This document shows, in pieces, positions 12,024 through 23,765 of a DNA stretch of 64,000 nt. The stretch spans positions 19,106,168 to 19,170,167 of the forward strand of contig OZ316897.1 in the NCBI GenBank assembly GCA_973895155.1, in the 5' to 3' direction. The DNA comes from Marsupella aquatica (taxonomy: Eukaryota; Plantae; Marchantiophyta). The notes beneath the pieces were generated by a model that was not told where the DNA came from, searched no databases, and worked only from the letters and a program-made list of their open reading frames with translations. The position numbers were made by a program, and so were the translations under genes. The stretch's first letter is position 1. Every line of letters begins with the position of its first letter.

Positions 12024-14070
12024 ATGGATTCTAGTGGAGGGCGTGGAGGGGATGGGGCAGGGGCAAGTGGGAGTGGGAGTGGCAATGGCAATGGAGGGAA
12101 CAGGAATGAGGAGAGTAATCAATGGACGAATTTGATGGCCGAGCATCTCAATGCCACACAGCTGAGCCATTTGGATTTGAGTACACCAGTTGGGATTGCT
12201 TCTTTGAGTGCAATTCTAGGGCAAGCTTTGCAAACCGGGGTTGCAGTAGGGCAGGCTTAGAGGGAGAAAGAGGCAAAGGCTGCAGCTGAGGAGAAGGCCA
12301 GAGAGAAGAAACGAAAGAAGGAGGAGAGGGCTAAGGCAGGAGTACTCTCTCCTGCAGCCCTCGAAAAGAAGAGGAGAAGGGAGGAACGAGATGAGATTCG
12401 AGCACAACGTGAGGCGCAGCGGAAAAAGGAGGAAGAGAGGAAGAAGCTGCCATTGATTGCCTTGGTTGAGGGCATTCCTACTGAGTTGGCCTACACTGGG
12501 GCAAAGAGCACTATCAAGCTTGCTGTGAGGACTAGCTTTGCACGAGGTGTTGAGTGGGGGAAACTAAGCAGAGCAGAGCAGAGGAAAGTAATGACTCAGG
12601 TCAAAGATTCATTCAGAAATGGAGCAGAGATTGATGACCAGTGGCTTGCAGATAGAATTTTGAATTCAATGTCTCAAGCACGATACCATGATAGGAGGAA
12701 GGTGAGGGCCTACCTGGCAAGCTTGCAGGAGTACAAGAATGTGAGGAGGCCAGTGCAATTCACAGAGGATGTGTGGAACGTGTTCTATAAGGTCGAGGTG
12801 CAGCTGAAAGCAGCCAAGGACCTCCAATTCTGGAAGGAGAAGGAGGCCAAGGCACTTCAGGCCGGGAAGTCAGACAAAGACCTCAAGGCATTGGCTGAGA
12901 AGGTCTCTCAGCTGCAGCACATCGTGGATGAAGTGGGGACACCACCCTAGAAGTTCATCCTTGCAGCAGACCGAGTCAGCAAACGCCCCAAGACCACACA
13001 CAAGATGGGGCAAGGTGGACTTCCCGGCCTGAAAGCAACCTTCGTGAGTCCTCTCCCCTCCTCCCCTACTTCTTTTCCTTCGCCTTCAATAGTTGTTTGC
13101 TTGCCTGCAATGCCCCTCGCAGACCTCTGCTTTACCCCTTATGGCCTCCCCTTTCGTTTTAGGTCACCCTGACACATTGCGTGCCTTAGCCATTTCTCGG
13201 ATTTTTTTAAAAGCACAGTTTGCGAAACAATTGCGAAGCGGGTTGCCTCACAATTGTTTCGCAAACTCTATTATAACCTTTTTCCCGTAAGGTTTGCAAA
13301 GCCATTGCAAAGCAATCCGATTCGCAGTCTATTTTGCAAACTTAAATATATTTGAATTTGCGAAGGTGGGAGTTTCGCAAAGCTTGTTTCATTTTGAAAA
13401 ATGTTTAGTGTCGAGTGACAAATGTTTGTTAGGGTAATGGGGTTTTTTTCTGGTTAGGGTACCCTTTTTACCCTTTTTAGGATTCCTTTTTTGCTTAAGT
13501 ACCCTTAGTTACTAACCCGGGCCCCTTATGTTTTGGTGTTTCATTTTTTTGTGGTAGTATAAGAGGTACCGCCACAAGATAACAACAAAGGAGATGGAGA
13601 TAGGAGCAGAGCATGGGGCCAGACATCTCTTTGAGTTGGTTGATGCAGAGTTGGCTAGTGTGAGTGATTTGTAGTACCCTTTCTAAACCCGCACTCATTC
13701 CATTTATAAGGTTTATACATTTTTCCTATTAACCCTAAACCCGAATTAACCTTGTGACATGGAAGCAGGATAAGGAGTAGGAGGGGAGTGAGGATAGCAG
13801 TGAGGAGGGTAGCGGCGCTGATGATGGGGACACTACCGGGGCCACCACGAGTGGGTCCAGAGGGGCAGGGAGTGCTGCCACACCTAGCACACCAGGAGAC
13901 CAGGAGGATGATGATGAGGATGATGACGATGATGAGGATGAGCCAGATGGGGAGGAGCAACAGGCACCACCACCACCGCCACCACCACCACCACCCCCCT
14001 CCCGTCCAGCTCGTCCCGCCCAAAGCAAGAAGGACAAGGGGAAGAGGCCAGCAAAGAGGAGTAGGCGGGC
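12024..14070 (+). pseudogene. TnpA-like (Ptta/En/Spm, Transposase_24-like) gene of CACTA-1, divergent from TnpD
   Basis: Spliced ORF containing ...VEWGKL...RRPVQFTEDVWNVF...THKMGQGG and an acidic, Pro-rich last exon. In-frame TAG stops at 12258 and 12948. Confidence 0.6.
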
Positions 14071-17000
14071 TCCATTCTAGAGGATGCAGATGTAGTTCAC
14101 TCCATATGGCATATGGATTAGTCAAAGGACAGTGTCTTGGTATTTGATACCCCATAGGGTTTTAGAAAACCCTAATTTTTGTACATTCAGGGATTTTTGG
14201 CATATATAAAGTTTTGCTTTGGTATCTTCATGTGGAGCAATAAGACCCCAACCCAATTATGAACCCAAATATACAAAACCCAGCCCTCAAACTATCCTTG
14301 CGAAACACATGCGAACGCCATACTATCGCAAACTTGTCATACATTGAGTATTGGAACATTGCGATACTTTTGGTTCCGCAATTGTGCGACACCCTGATTG
14401 ACGCAGTTATGCGATACCATATGAATGGCAACGGAATTGTCAAGACAACAGCTTCGCAAATAAGTTATAGTTCAGAGCGTGTCGCAAACCGATAAAGAGT
14501 CTGTCGAGATCGCATAAATGTGATTTATGTGCGATAAAATAAGTTTTGTAGTGTGCGAAGGTGTTGCGAAGGGGTTGCGAAAGTCCGATTGCGAAGCTGT
14601 GGGTTTCAAAGAATGCGAAAGGGTTGCGATGCATAGCGTTTCGCAAACGCCGGAATTTCATAATTTGGTCCTTTGTTAGTTGCGATGGGACGGGGTTCGC
14701 AAAAGGGGTCGGTAGTGTTGTAGTGAACCACCCGTGCCAGAACTTATCCTCGGTGAGAGAATCAGGACGACTAATCGATAAATACCATTCCCAGATAGAA
14801 ATCCCAAATATAATGGACAAAAATGATAGGGTGATCACTCTGCTAGATCGTTGTGTGGTCCAATTTTCCGATATTTTGGCGGTGCAATTAATCATGTCAG
14901 ATAATGACAATAGATAATGACAAAAGAATAAGCACATCTGCTTGAATGTGACAGGCTGATAGCTTTGCATGATTGTCGTCTGGTAAGATTCGTCGATATT
15001 TTTGGCGGCGCTCTTAATGATGTCTTCACGCTTCACGCTGGCCCATTTTCACGCTTGCCCATTCCTCGTGTCAGTTATATATTTCAAGGAGATTCGCTCA
15101 TTCACTCATTCCTTCATCTTTGCCCTCTCGCTCATTCTTCGCCCTTTTGCTCATTCATCTCTCCCTTTGAGTTCTGCTCAATTACGTCCATATTTTGCAA
15201 ATTGTTTCACACGTGCGAAGAGGTTTCATGGCGAATCTATCTGAATCGGAGGTCCGAGAGATGTCGGTAATATGTGCCCCAACTTTAGAAGATGGTAGTC
15301 AAGCGGGCAAAGTCCATTTTGGTCGAATGAGTTGTTTTCTGGACGAATTGTCCATTTTTGTGAATAATAAAATCTCGGCATTTGTTTTGACATCTTGGAC
15401 TCTATTCTAAATCTTCCGTATTGGTTCTTTCCTAGGATTCCCGTATGTTTGTTTCAGCCACCCGCGCCTACCGCAGCCGCTAAGTCGAAGCACTGTTAGC
15501 CACCAAAATCCAATCGTCAATTCATGGTCTTTTGAAATGCGTATGGAGGGTGACGCTTGGAGGTGTTGGTTGTAGGGGATCGTTATTGCCAAGCCCAAAA
15601 GGTTTTGGAAGTACTTGGGTGTGCTTGCCGATTGTAGGATTTCAAAAGCACCAGAGCACCAGAAGGGGAAGGTCTTTCTGACAGTGACGGTGGAGGACCG
15701 TGTTAATTGTGGATATAGAGAGTTCTCTCTTGCCGTTGAACAATATTGTTGCGCACATTGTCTTGAGCCAAATGATGCGACAATGAACATAACGTCCTTA
15801 GGATTTTTTGATCCATCCACTCAACATTTCATGGATCCAGATAATGTTCTCACTACTGAGGATATTGTTTTAGGGCTGGGAAGGGTTAGTTTTTTGTTCT
15901 TCAAAGATTATCAATCTCACCTTTCTGCAACCAGGCATGTTGTTTACGTCATGTCTCTATCTTTACTGGAAGATGAACCCCGACAGGAGATCGAGATCGT
16001 TCTGGAAATTTCTTTCCCAGATCCTGTTGACGAGGAAAGGATTAAACGTTGGGTTGCAACCCATGCTGTAGTGAAGGCCTTCAATTTGAATCAGAAAAGG
16101 CACGGACGTCATGGTGGTGGCCCAAATCTCAAAGCAAGCAAAGTTGTACAGGAACCTGGATTGTCGTCGAGTTCAGATTCAGGATCATCAAGTTCATAGG
16201 GTACATCAGATGAACCAAGCATTGTTCCTAGTGACTCTTTTAGTCCTGAGTTGGTTGGAACAGAGGAGATCTTTGAAGATGAGATCCAAGTCGTGGATGA
16301 AGAACTCGTGGAAGTGGGAGGTTCAGAGGCTGAAGAGGAAAAGGACTCTAAGACTGAGATGGAGGTGTAGAAGAAAAAGAAAAGAAAGCGAATGGAAGAA
16401 GACGCTCCTTCCAAGAAGAAGAGATTGTCTTCAAAGATTGCTCTTCCAGAGAAGGTTGGGAAAGCTAATGTCCCTCAGGAAAAAATCCGCACTAGCTCTA
16501 CTGAGGTGAAAGGGCCACAGATTGCAAAGTCCAAACAACCACAGAAGAAGATTAAAGCGGCCGAAATACCATAACAGAAGAAGGCTATCAGGAAGAAGGC
16601 AAGCAGGCAGTTGTGGAAGATATAGCAAAACCCATATCAAAAGGTGTCGTTAAGAAGGATTTATCTTGTAAGGCTTCTATTGCAACACCTTCCGCTGTCG
16701 TGAAACAAAAGGTGCCCTCAAAATCTCAAAAGGTCAATACTCAAGTGCAAGACGTATCCACAGACCATGGGGTGACAAGATCGGAGAAGTCCAAACGTGG
16801 AAGGGGCCGCAAAAGAGACACTGAGGGAATGGAAGAGGCACCGGAAACCGATGTCCCAATCCTGAAGAAACAACGTAAGAAAGTGGAGATGATTGAGATG
16901 GATATCGTGGATGACATGGGAGAGATGAATGTTGACTCGAGTTCTAAAGTAATCGTTGATCAAGCCAGACTTGAGAGGGAAGAAAAGACTTTGCAGCAAA

Positions 17001-18349
17001 ACCATTGCTGGTATTCTTTTGGGCTGTATATCTATCCTCCGCCGGCAAAAATGAATGAGCGGTTACTCAACGAAGACCATGTCAACCATCTTGTTCAGTT
17101 GATGATTTTAAATGTCGGTCAGGAACCTTTGCCTGCAGATCTGGTGCCTTACAAGATGATTAATGGTGTTTACAGTCTTATCGATCTTTCCGTCAGAGAT
17201 TTTGATTCTAAACAATTATCTGAGTATCAATATTGTGCAATAAGTGGTCAACACTCGACTATGGCCACGAGGAAAATCATTTGGAGTTCTCGGACACAGC
17301 CATCTCTGGTTAAAACTGCCAACCTCCTAAAATTCCGTCGTGCAAGAATTCTCAAGGGGTCGACACCTGTTAAGGTGTTGGTTGAGATTTCACATGCAAA
17401 CAACTTGCAAGCTGAAGCACATCGTTTCTCGTCACCATTCATCGACCAGGTCAAGCATGCGAGAATGCAATATTCGGAAATGAATCAACCAGTGCGGCCA
17501 GTGCCGTCAGGGCAAAAATCCCAGGAATTCCAGGTCCGTTCTTGTTGACACCATAATTTCTTTTGTGGTCCACACAAGCCTCGTGTAGAATCCGAGGCTT
17601 GGATCTAAGATAACTTCTCCAAAGGTTTGGTTTACTGTGTTGTTCTTACCGTTTGTTGTTGGGTTTCAGGATTACGAAGGGTTGGCCAAAGTCACACTGA
17701 AAGTGAGTAGCATCAGCGAATACAACTGGATCCTTTTCATATTGGAGAGCCTCTATAAGTTGTGGATGTCGGTCTGCAATAGTTAGTTGTCTGGTAGTTT
17801 ACCTGACACCAATGGAGAGATGACTGGGAAGAAGAGGGAAGCAAAGCAGCTTACTGGGACGACATTCAGGGTATTTGAGAGGGTGCAAGAATCTGACATT
17901 ACCTCTATCTTGAATAAAGTTCAACCGGAAGAGGTTCTCTTGATGAAGAGAAGACATGCAAGGACAAATATACCTTCAATGTCCGATCTTGCCATGAAAG
18001 CCAAGTATACTGAAAAGCTGAAAGGTGCAATCTTGCGGTTCTACCGCGAGACCTATGAAAGTGTTTTCAATGTTGGGGCCGTTTGGTCGGACGTGGGCCG
18101 CGAGTTTAATTTCATGAATGAAGAATTGGATCAATGTTGCTCAATGGTCGACAATGCTTATTTCAAGAGTTTAGTCAAGGTCTCTACAAAATCCGATATG
18201 CCGGAACCTTTGAAGAATAGGTTACGGTGTCGTGATTTTCTCTTAAGTTATAAAAAATTGTTTGTTTTAATATGCTATAAATTATAAAGTAATTTAGTAG
18301 TTAGATTATTAAATTTAGACTTTATTCAACTTCTTTAGCTATATTAACG

Positions 18350-18545
18350 GACTATAGTAGTTCCACCAATGCATATGAGTAGTTCCACCAACTACAATAA
18401 TATTCACCAACGCACAGTAGGTCCACCAGCGCATAGTAGGTCCACCAATGCACAGTAGGTCCACCAACGCATAGTAGTTCCACCAACGCATAGTAGTTCC
18501 ACCAACGCATGGTAGTTCCACCTACTAAAAGTAGTTTCACCAACT
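18350..18545. repeat. ~20-bp tandem repeat (TAGTAGTTCCACCAACGCA) in the LTR U3 region
   Basis: About 9 degenerate copies visible. Confidence 0.9.
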
Positions 18546-18995
18546 ATGAACAGTACTAGCACACTCTTAGGTATTAGATGTTTGACACTTGGCCTTCATC
18601 CAAGTGCTTGGGCTTGATCCATGCCCTCTTGGTGTGCACTATAAATAAAATGGTGAGGGGCACTCTCCCCTCATTCCGCAGTGTTTATCATTCAAGGTTG
18701 TGAAGCTCTTTTGTGCCTTGAACATAGTAGTGGGGCATCCTTTGGCCCGGATAGCAAAGGAATAGGAGAGCCATCATGAAATCAGGAGAGAGAGTTATCC
18801 TTGATCTTCCCCTTCGTAATCCGTTTTTGATTAGAGTCCATCTTTTAGACAAACCATCTATGAGATAACATCTAACCTATCATTTTGGAGCTCAGTTTGC
18901 AACTGCTGTTATGGTTTCTAACGAGCCAATAATATACCCAGTGATGTCGTACCGAGAGGAGTGGGAGTGCATCATCTTTATCCTTTATTGAAGTC

Positions 18996-19202
18996 ATGGA
19001 TCTGAATAGGAGTCCGAATGATATTCCTGTTTCATTTTCTCTTGGAGATATTAGGATCATATGTCGTAAGAAATCTAATTTTTGTGATGTGTTGGTCCGC
19101 AAGTATGGTGAAGTAGGGTTTAACAGTATTTTAGTTTCACTTGAACCTTTCTTAATACCCACTACCTTTGTTACTAGAATTATCATTTTGATTTTAGTGT
19201 AG
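18996..19202 (+). CDS. LTR-borne small ORF B copy (ORF A in this copy has a premature TAA)
   Basis: MDLNRSPNDIPVSF... is open. The upstream ORF A (ATG at 18776) has AGG CAA changed to AGA TAA. Confidence 0.5.
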   Translation: MDLNRSPNDIPVSFSLGDIRIICRKKSNFCDVLVRKYGEVGFNSILVSLEPFLIPTTFVTRIIILILV

Positions 19203-20426
19203 AACTTATAAGCATGCAAGGTTAACTTCAAAAGAGCCAACATGCTCTTGCCAGAAAACACGGTCACCCGGACAACGGAATATTTACCAAAAAAAATTTG
19301 AGGAAACTGTCCGTGAGAGAATGGATCCATATTGAATATTTTACTCTGGGAATCTTCTTGCTTCCGCGGAGCCTCCTTTTGATTTGACGAGTTGTAGGGA
19401 GAGGATTAATGTGTCACTTGCTATTGTCGATATGACACACTCAATTCAAAATACCTGGACACAATCGGAGCTGCTGAATTTCTTGAAGACTGTTGTGAAT
19501 GTGCCCGCCAACGACTTGGTGACTGTCGTGTTTTTTGTGCACCCAGGTCTCTTGCTGGCCAGAATTATTGAAGCTGTCACTGATCTACCTTCCAGTTATA
19601 ATGCTCATCTGGAGTATGGAAGCTATTGGAAGAGTGCGAAAGAAGTCCGCTCATCGCATTTCATGTCGGGTATTATTGAGTCCATTGTTTTCCTTGGAGT
19701 CTCCCAGGAACAAGAACCGGATTGGGAAAAACATTCAAGAGGGTTTCAAGGTCATTTCTTGGCAAAATCCATGGATCAGCTTGAACTGGCAAGACCAGCC
19801 AAAGAAGATTATGCTGGCCTTTCCAAGGAAGAGGTTGCAGCAAAGCAAAAATCCGCTCTTGGAGATCGCTTGTATAGACTCATTCCTTTCCGGAACCCCG
19901 GTGGCAGAACATTTACATCAAACATTAAGCCCAGCAGAATTATCAAGGCAATCATTCTTTGATTTTCCGAAAAGGAGGAAATTATGTTGGACTTCTTTAC
20001 TGGTGGGCAAGTTTTAAAGAATGCCCTACTTCTGGAAAGGGAATGTTTCTCGTTTTGTTCGGAAAGGGGGGATGTGATGGACCTCACGGCTTATGCGGAG
20101 AATGTCAAGTCGTTGGAGGGTGTCGCACAATTTGTGAAATCCTTATGGAAACTTCCACGAGGGGAGGGCAGCTCAACGCAAAACTCTAATGCAAGTGGCG
20201 CAAAGGAAGGGAGGCACTATCATGTCACTGGAACAGTCTCCCATCAAGACGATAACAGATTTTCTGATCCTTGTGTTGGAATGATTAATGTTGGGGAACA
20301 GATTTGCCGTCCATGGGAATTGGGTGAGGCGCAAAGACCGATCCACCACTTAGGGAGTTTCGAAGGACCTCTTGTGGAGGAAGAACACAATGACGATCTC
20401 GGGGGTTAACTTAGTGTATATTTTGG

Positions 20427-20655
20427 GGCACCACGTGCGATCCTAACCTAATATAAACACACCTCTTTTATTATGGGAATATTCTAAAAATATTCTCTAT
20501 TTTTAATACAAATGACCTATTTTACTTTATAAAAGGTATATATTAGAGAATATTCTACAAATATAGGTTTATAATCCCTTCTTTTGCTTTCTATGCTTTT
20601 TAAAAATTTAGCTAATTTATATGAAAAATACCTATTTTGGATCGCACGTGGTTCC
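20427..20655. mobile_element. MITE (Tourist/PIF-Harbinger-like)
   Basis: 17-bp inverted ends GGCACCACGTGCGATCC / GGATCGCACGTGGTTCC with one mismatch, a very AT-rich interior, and TAA on the right flank. The left boundary/TSD is not clean. Confidence 0.7.
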
Positions 20656-20921
20656 TAAGATTGTTGATAGTCAACCCCCCAAGATGATGATGGGATACCT
20701 CTATCTCTACGCGAGCCTCGTGTGGGGTCGTTTGGCGAGGTGGACTCAATTATAAATGATATTGCACCGGTTGTGTCTGAGGATCCTTCCGATTACCTTC
20801 GGGTTATCACTGGAGTTCAAGAGGCCGTTAACATCGTCAATCCATCCCTCCCCATACTTGGGCAGAAAATCAGGGTCCATGCGAGGTCGAGCCCGTCATC
20901 GAACATGTCAATAATGTTGTC

Positions 20922-21679
20922 GTGGAACTTGCAGTGGAGCCTGCGAATGAGGCAGGTGCCAATTCACTCTTTCCCACTTCTCTCAACCTGAACGATGATG
21001 TGGCGATAGACTTTTGCCTCAACCCTGACATGGATCTTAACATGGATCAGGATTTAGTTTTGTCAACAATCAGTGGATGCGTCATAACTTGTCGCGAGAT
21101 GGCATGTCTAGGTCCTGAGCGATGGATAACTTCTAAAATTATGAATGCTTATTTTGGTTTGATTGCTTCAAGAGCAGAATCCGCGGGTACCGACCTCCCG
21201 CAGGTTCATATTTTTGATACTTGGTTCTATTCGGAACTTGCTCGAGGTGGATACAAGTATGACGATGTTCAAACTTGGACCTCAAAGTTGGAGTACTTTT
21301 AACTGATGTAGAGATGGTCATGGTCCCTATTCATAAGGGACATAACCATTGGGCACTGGTCATCATCGACATGGGTCTTAGGAAATTGGACTATTTGGAT
21401 TCTTTGCACGGAGATAACCCTGAAGTTCTTGAGAACCTAGCAAGATATCTAGATGATGAAGCCATGTTCAGAACTCATAAGGAACTGAATGCTTTGTCAT
21501 GGCCAAGAAACTGTTGTAAAGACATCCCTCTTCAAACCAATGACTACAACTGTGGAGTGTTTGTCATGAAATTTGTCGATTACCGGAGTAGGGAGAAGCC
21601 TATTTATTTCAAAGCCGAGGACATGGATGTTGAAAGGAGGAATATTCTTCTAAGCCTTTATCGTCACCATTTGAGTTAG
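20922..21679 (+). pseudogene. Ulp1/SENP-family (peptidase C48) protease domain
   Basis: WITSKIMNAY, HIFDTWFY, VPIH..HNHWAL, YLDSL and LQTNDYNCGVF retain the His-Asp-Gln-Cys catalytic residues. One frameshift near 21295. Confidence 0.9.
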
Positions 21680-21790
21680 ATCTCCGTGATTCTCGTGTGG
21701 AATAGGTTATCGTCAGACTTCCATACGCTGCAATGCATCGTAATTGATGTTACGCTCTTGCATTGACTTTATGATATTGATGTTCATTTA

Positions 21791-22857
21791 TTGTTTGGTC
21801 ACTCTATAGATATTGTAACATACGATATGGCAACTATTATACAAAACATCATTCCTCGTAAACTGCTCATACTTGACATGAATGTCGTCTTACATATTGT
21901 GCAAATATCGGGAGTGCGAGCAAAGTCTCTTAGGGATATAAATACTGAAAACGGGGAGACATTGTTTCTAAATAATAGAATCATCTATGTAAGACCGGGA
22001 ATGCGGCACTTCGTTGAATGGTGTCTTCAGACATTTGATGTGGGGATATGGGCCTCTGCCGTATATCGTAATGTGCATGAGATTTTGGAGAAAGTGTTTC
22101 CCAACGAGAAGCATCAATTTGTCTTTGTGAGAACTGAAGCGGAAGCCTTGTCGACTAGGATATTTTATGGGGCTGGAAGAAACAAAGGGAAAAATTGCTT
22201 TGTGAAATTACTGAAAAATATTTGGGATGACCTCGTTTTATATGGAGATCGGACAAGTGCACCTTATAATGACAGCAACACCATCCTTCTTGATGATTTA
22301 CCTCATAGAAGTTTCTTTAACCCCGAATACTCGACGTTGTTTTGTGATTGCTTCAACGGCAATAATAATGGTTTCCTTGCAGATACGTTTATAAGCAACA
22401 AACTTCTGAAACCAGTGTTGCAGGAGTTGGCCTTGGCAAGAGATGTGCGTGTGTATTGTGGCGAAACACTCCAAAATGGTCCAGTCTGAATTTAGCTGAA
22501 GACCGAAAACAGTATCAATAGATATACACTCAACTGCAGGGGTTTGGGGAATCTAATTCGCTTTTTGCGTCGTGGCCAGTGTGCAAATATGATGTTCTCC
22601 AACTGACAACTTCAAAACTTACACCTCGGCACATAGAGATCATATTGTGGATGTCTCGTAAGGAAAACTTCACTGAGCATGAAACTAATCAATGTACAAA
22701 AGTCCTAGGAGCTGCGCATGGGCTATTCGCCACAAATTTTAGGGAGTTTGTGAAAGTAGTCAGCGAAGTTCACAGACAAACGTCAAAATTCTGTAGAATA
22801 AACACAGGAGTAAAGAGTAGGCAGGACTTAGTACTTCAGATTATGGATAGAATTTAG
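21791..22857 (+). pseudogene. NIF/FCP1-homology (HAD-like) domain protein (copy 1)
   Basis: KLLILDMN, YVRPG...F...C...FDVGIW, K.L..IWD and NTILLDD.P...F.NP. A premature TGA at 22487 precedes a C-terminal extension. Confidence 0.8.
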
Positions 22858-23532
22858 TGAATATGTTTCATATAGATTAGAATTAGCCCCATTTGGAGGG
22901 AGGGGTGAAGGGCAATGCGCAACCCTGGAATCATTCCTTTTGGTTTGGCCCAATAGCAGAGGAGAGGAGAAGAGAGTCGTTTTGGCTTGAAGGCGGACAC
23001 AATTGGACTATGGCGGAATGCAGAGGGGAGAGGGGAGGCTTTGGCAGGGGTTTTGGAAGATGGACAGAGTTTAGGGAGGAGAAATAGGTGTCTGTGACAA
23101 AGCTATCCTTCATTTGTTAGTTCACAAATATTCTTGATATGATTAGTGTAGCTGTCTAGTCAAATATGTGTAGTTGTCTAGTCAACTTTGTAGTCACTTT
23201 AGCGGAAGACGATGTTGTTAGCGAAAAACCCAACAATTATGAAGTCCCATGAAGGGATATCAAAATATATGTACGGCACCACCGTTAGTGCCCCATTTAT
23301 TATAAAGAGTAATTTCAGTCATTCATTTTAAGGAGTACTTTTTTCATTGCCTTTGAATTCGTAATTCATCCAATGCACTAGATTTTGGAAATTTAAAAGT
23401 ATGCTTTTGGAAACTTCAATTTTGGGTTTTGGAAATTTCAGATCATGTTTTTGGATTTTTGAAATGAATGTTTTGGAAATTTCATTCTTCAACTTTGGAC
23501 AAAAGAATCTCCAAAGTTAGTGAAATGTTAGA

Positions 23533-23765
23533 TCAGTGTGCATGCTGCAGTGTACGATCTACAGTGTGCATGCTACAGTGTACGGTCTACAGAGTGCATG
23601 CTACAATACATGGTAGACCTACAGTATCCATGCTACAGTGTACGATCTACAGTGTGCATGTTAAATTGCAAAACTTATAGTATGCATGCTACAGTGTATG
23701 ATCTACAATATGCATGCTATAGTGTACGATCTATAGTGTACATGCTACAGTGTACTGCCTACAGT
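23533..23765. repeat. ~28-bp tandem repeat (CAGTGTGCATGCTACAGTGTACGATCTA)
   Basis: About 8 degenerate copies upstream of the TATA-like box. Confidence 0.9.

Larger units (their letters stand above)
5043..14725 (-). mobile_element. CACTA (En/Spm) DNA transposon CACTA-1, both ends present, coding regions decayed
   Basis: Termini CACTACAACA (5043) and TGTTGTAGTG (14725). 3-bp TSD AAC at 5040-5042 and 14726-14728. TTGCGAA/TTCGCAA subterminal repeats at both ends. Tnp2 transposase inside. Confidence 0.97.
18228..19274 (+). mobile_element. Solo LTR (1047 bp)
   Basis: TGTC...GACA ends and a 4-bp TSD ACGG (18224-18227 / 19275-19278). Removing it restores the host frame NRLR|NIYQKKF, matching RLDDIYCQKF in copy 2. 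TATA-like CTATAAATA at ~18639. Confidence 0.85.
15228..20409 (+). pseudogene. Multi-exon gene: unknown N-terminal domain, K/E-rich linker, ParB/Srx-like domain, beta-class N6/N4 DNA methyltransferase-like domain (copy 1)
   Basis: ParB-like ERLLNEDHVNHL...YCAISGQHSTMA (17050-17270). MTase-like LAIVD...YGSYWK...IESIVFLG...NIKPSRIIKAIIL*FSEKEEIMLDFFTGGQVLKNALLLERECF (19410-20050). Collinear with copy 2. Interrupted by stops and a solo LTR. Confidence 0.72.

Noticed and set aside
15228-22857. Bacterial or phage contamination as the source of the ParB/MTase signal
   Set aside because: The gene has GT-AG introns, is linked to eukaryotic Ulp1 and NIF domains, and is interrupted by plant-type transposon insertions.
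23270-23305. GGCAC...GTGCC hairpin as a Helitron 3' end for the ParB-MTase locus
   Set aside because: No following CTRR terminus, no Rep/helicase, and no matching end in copy 2.
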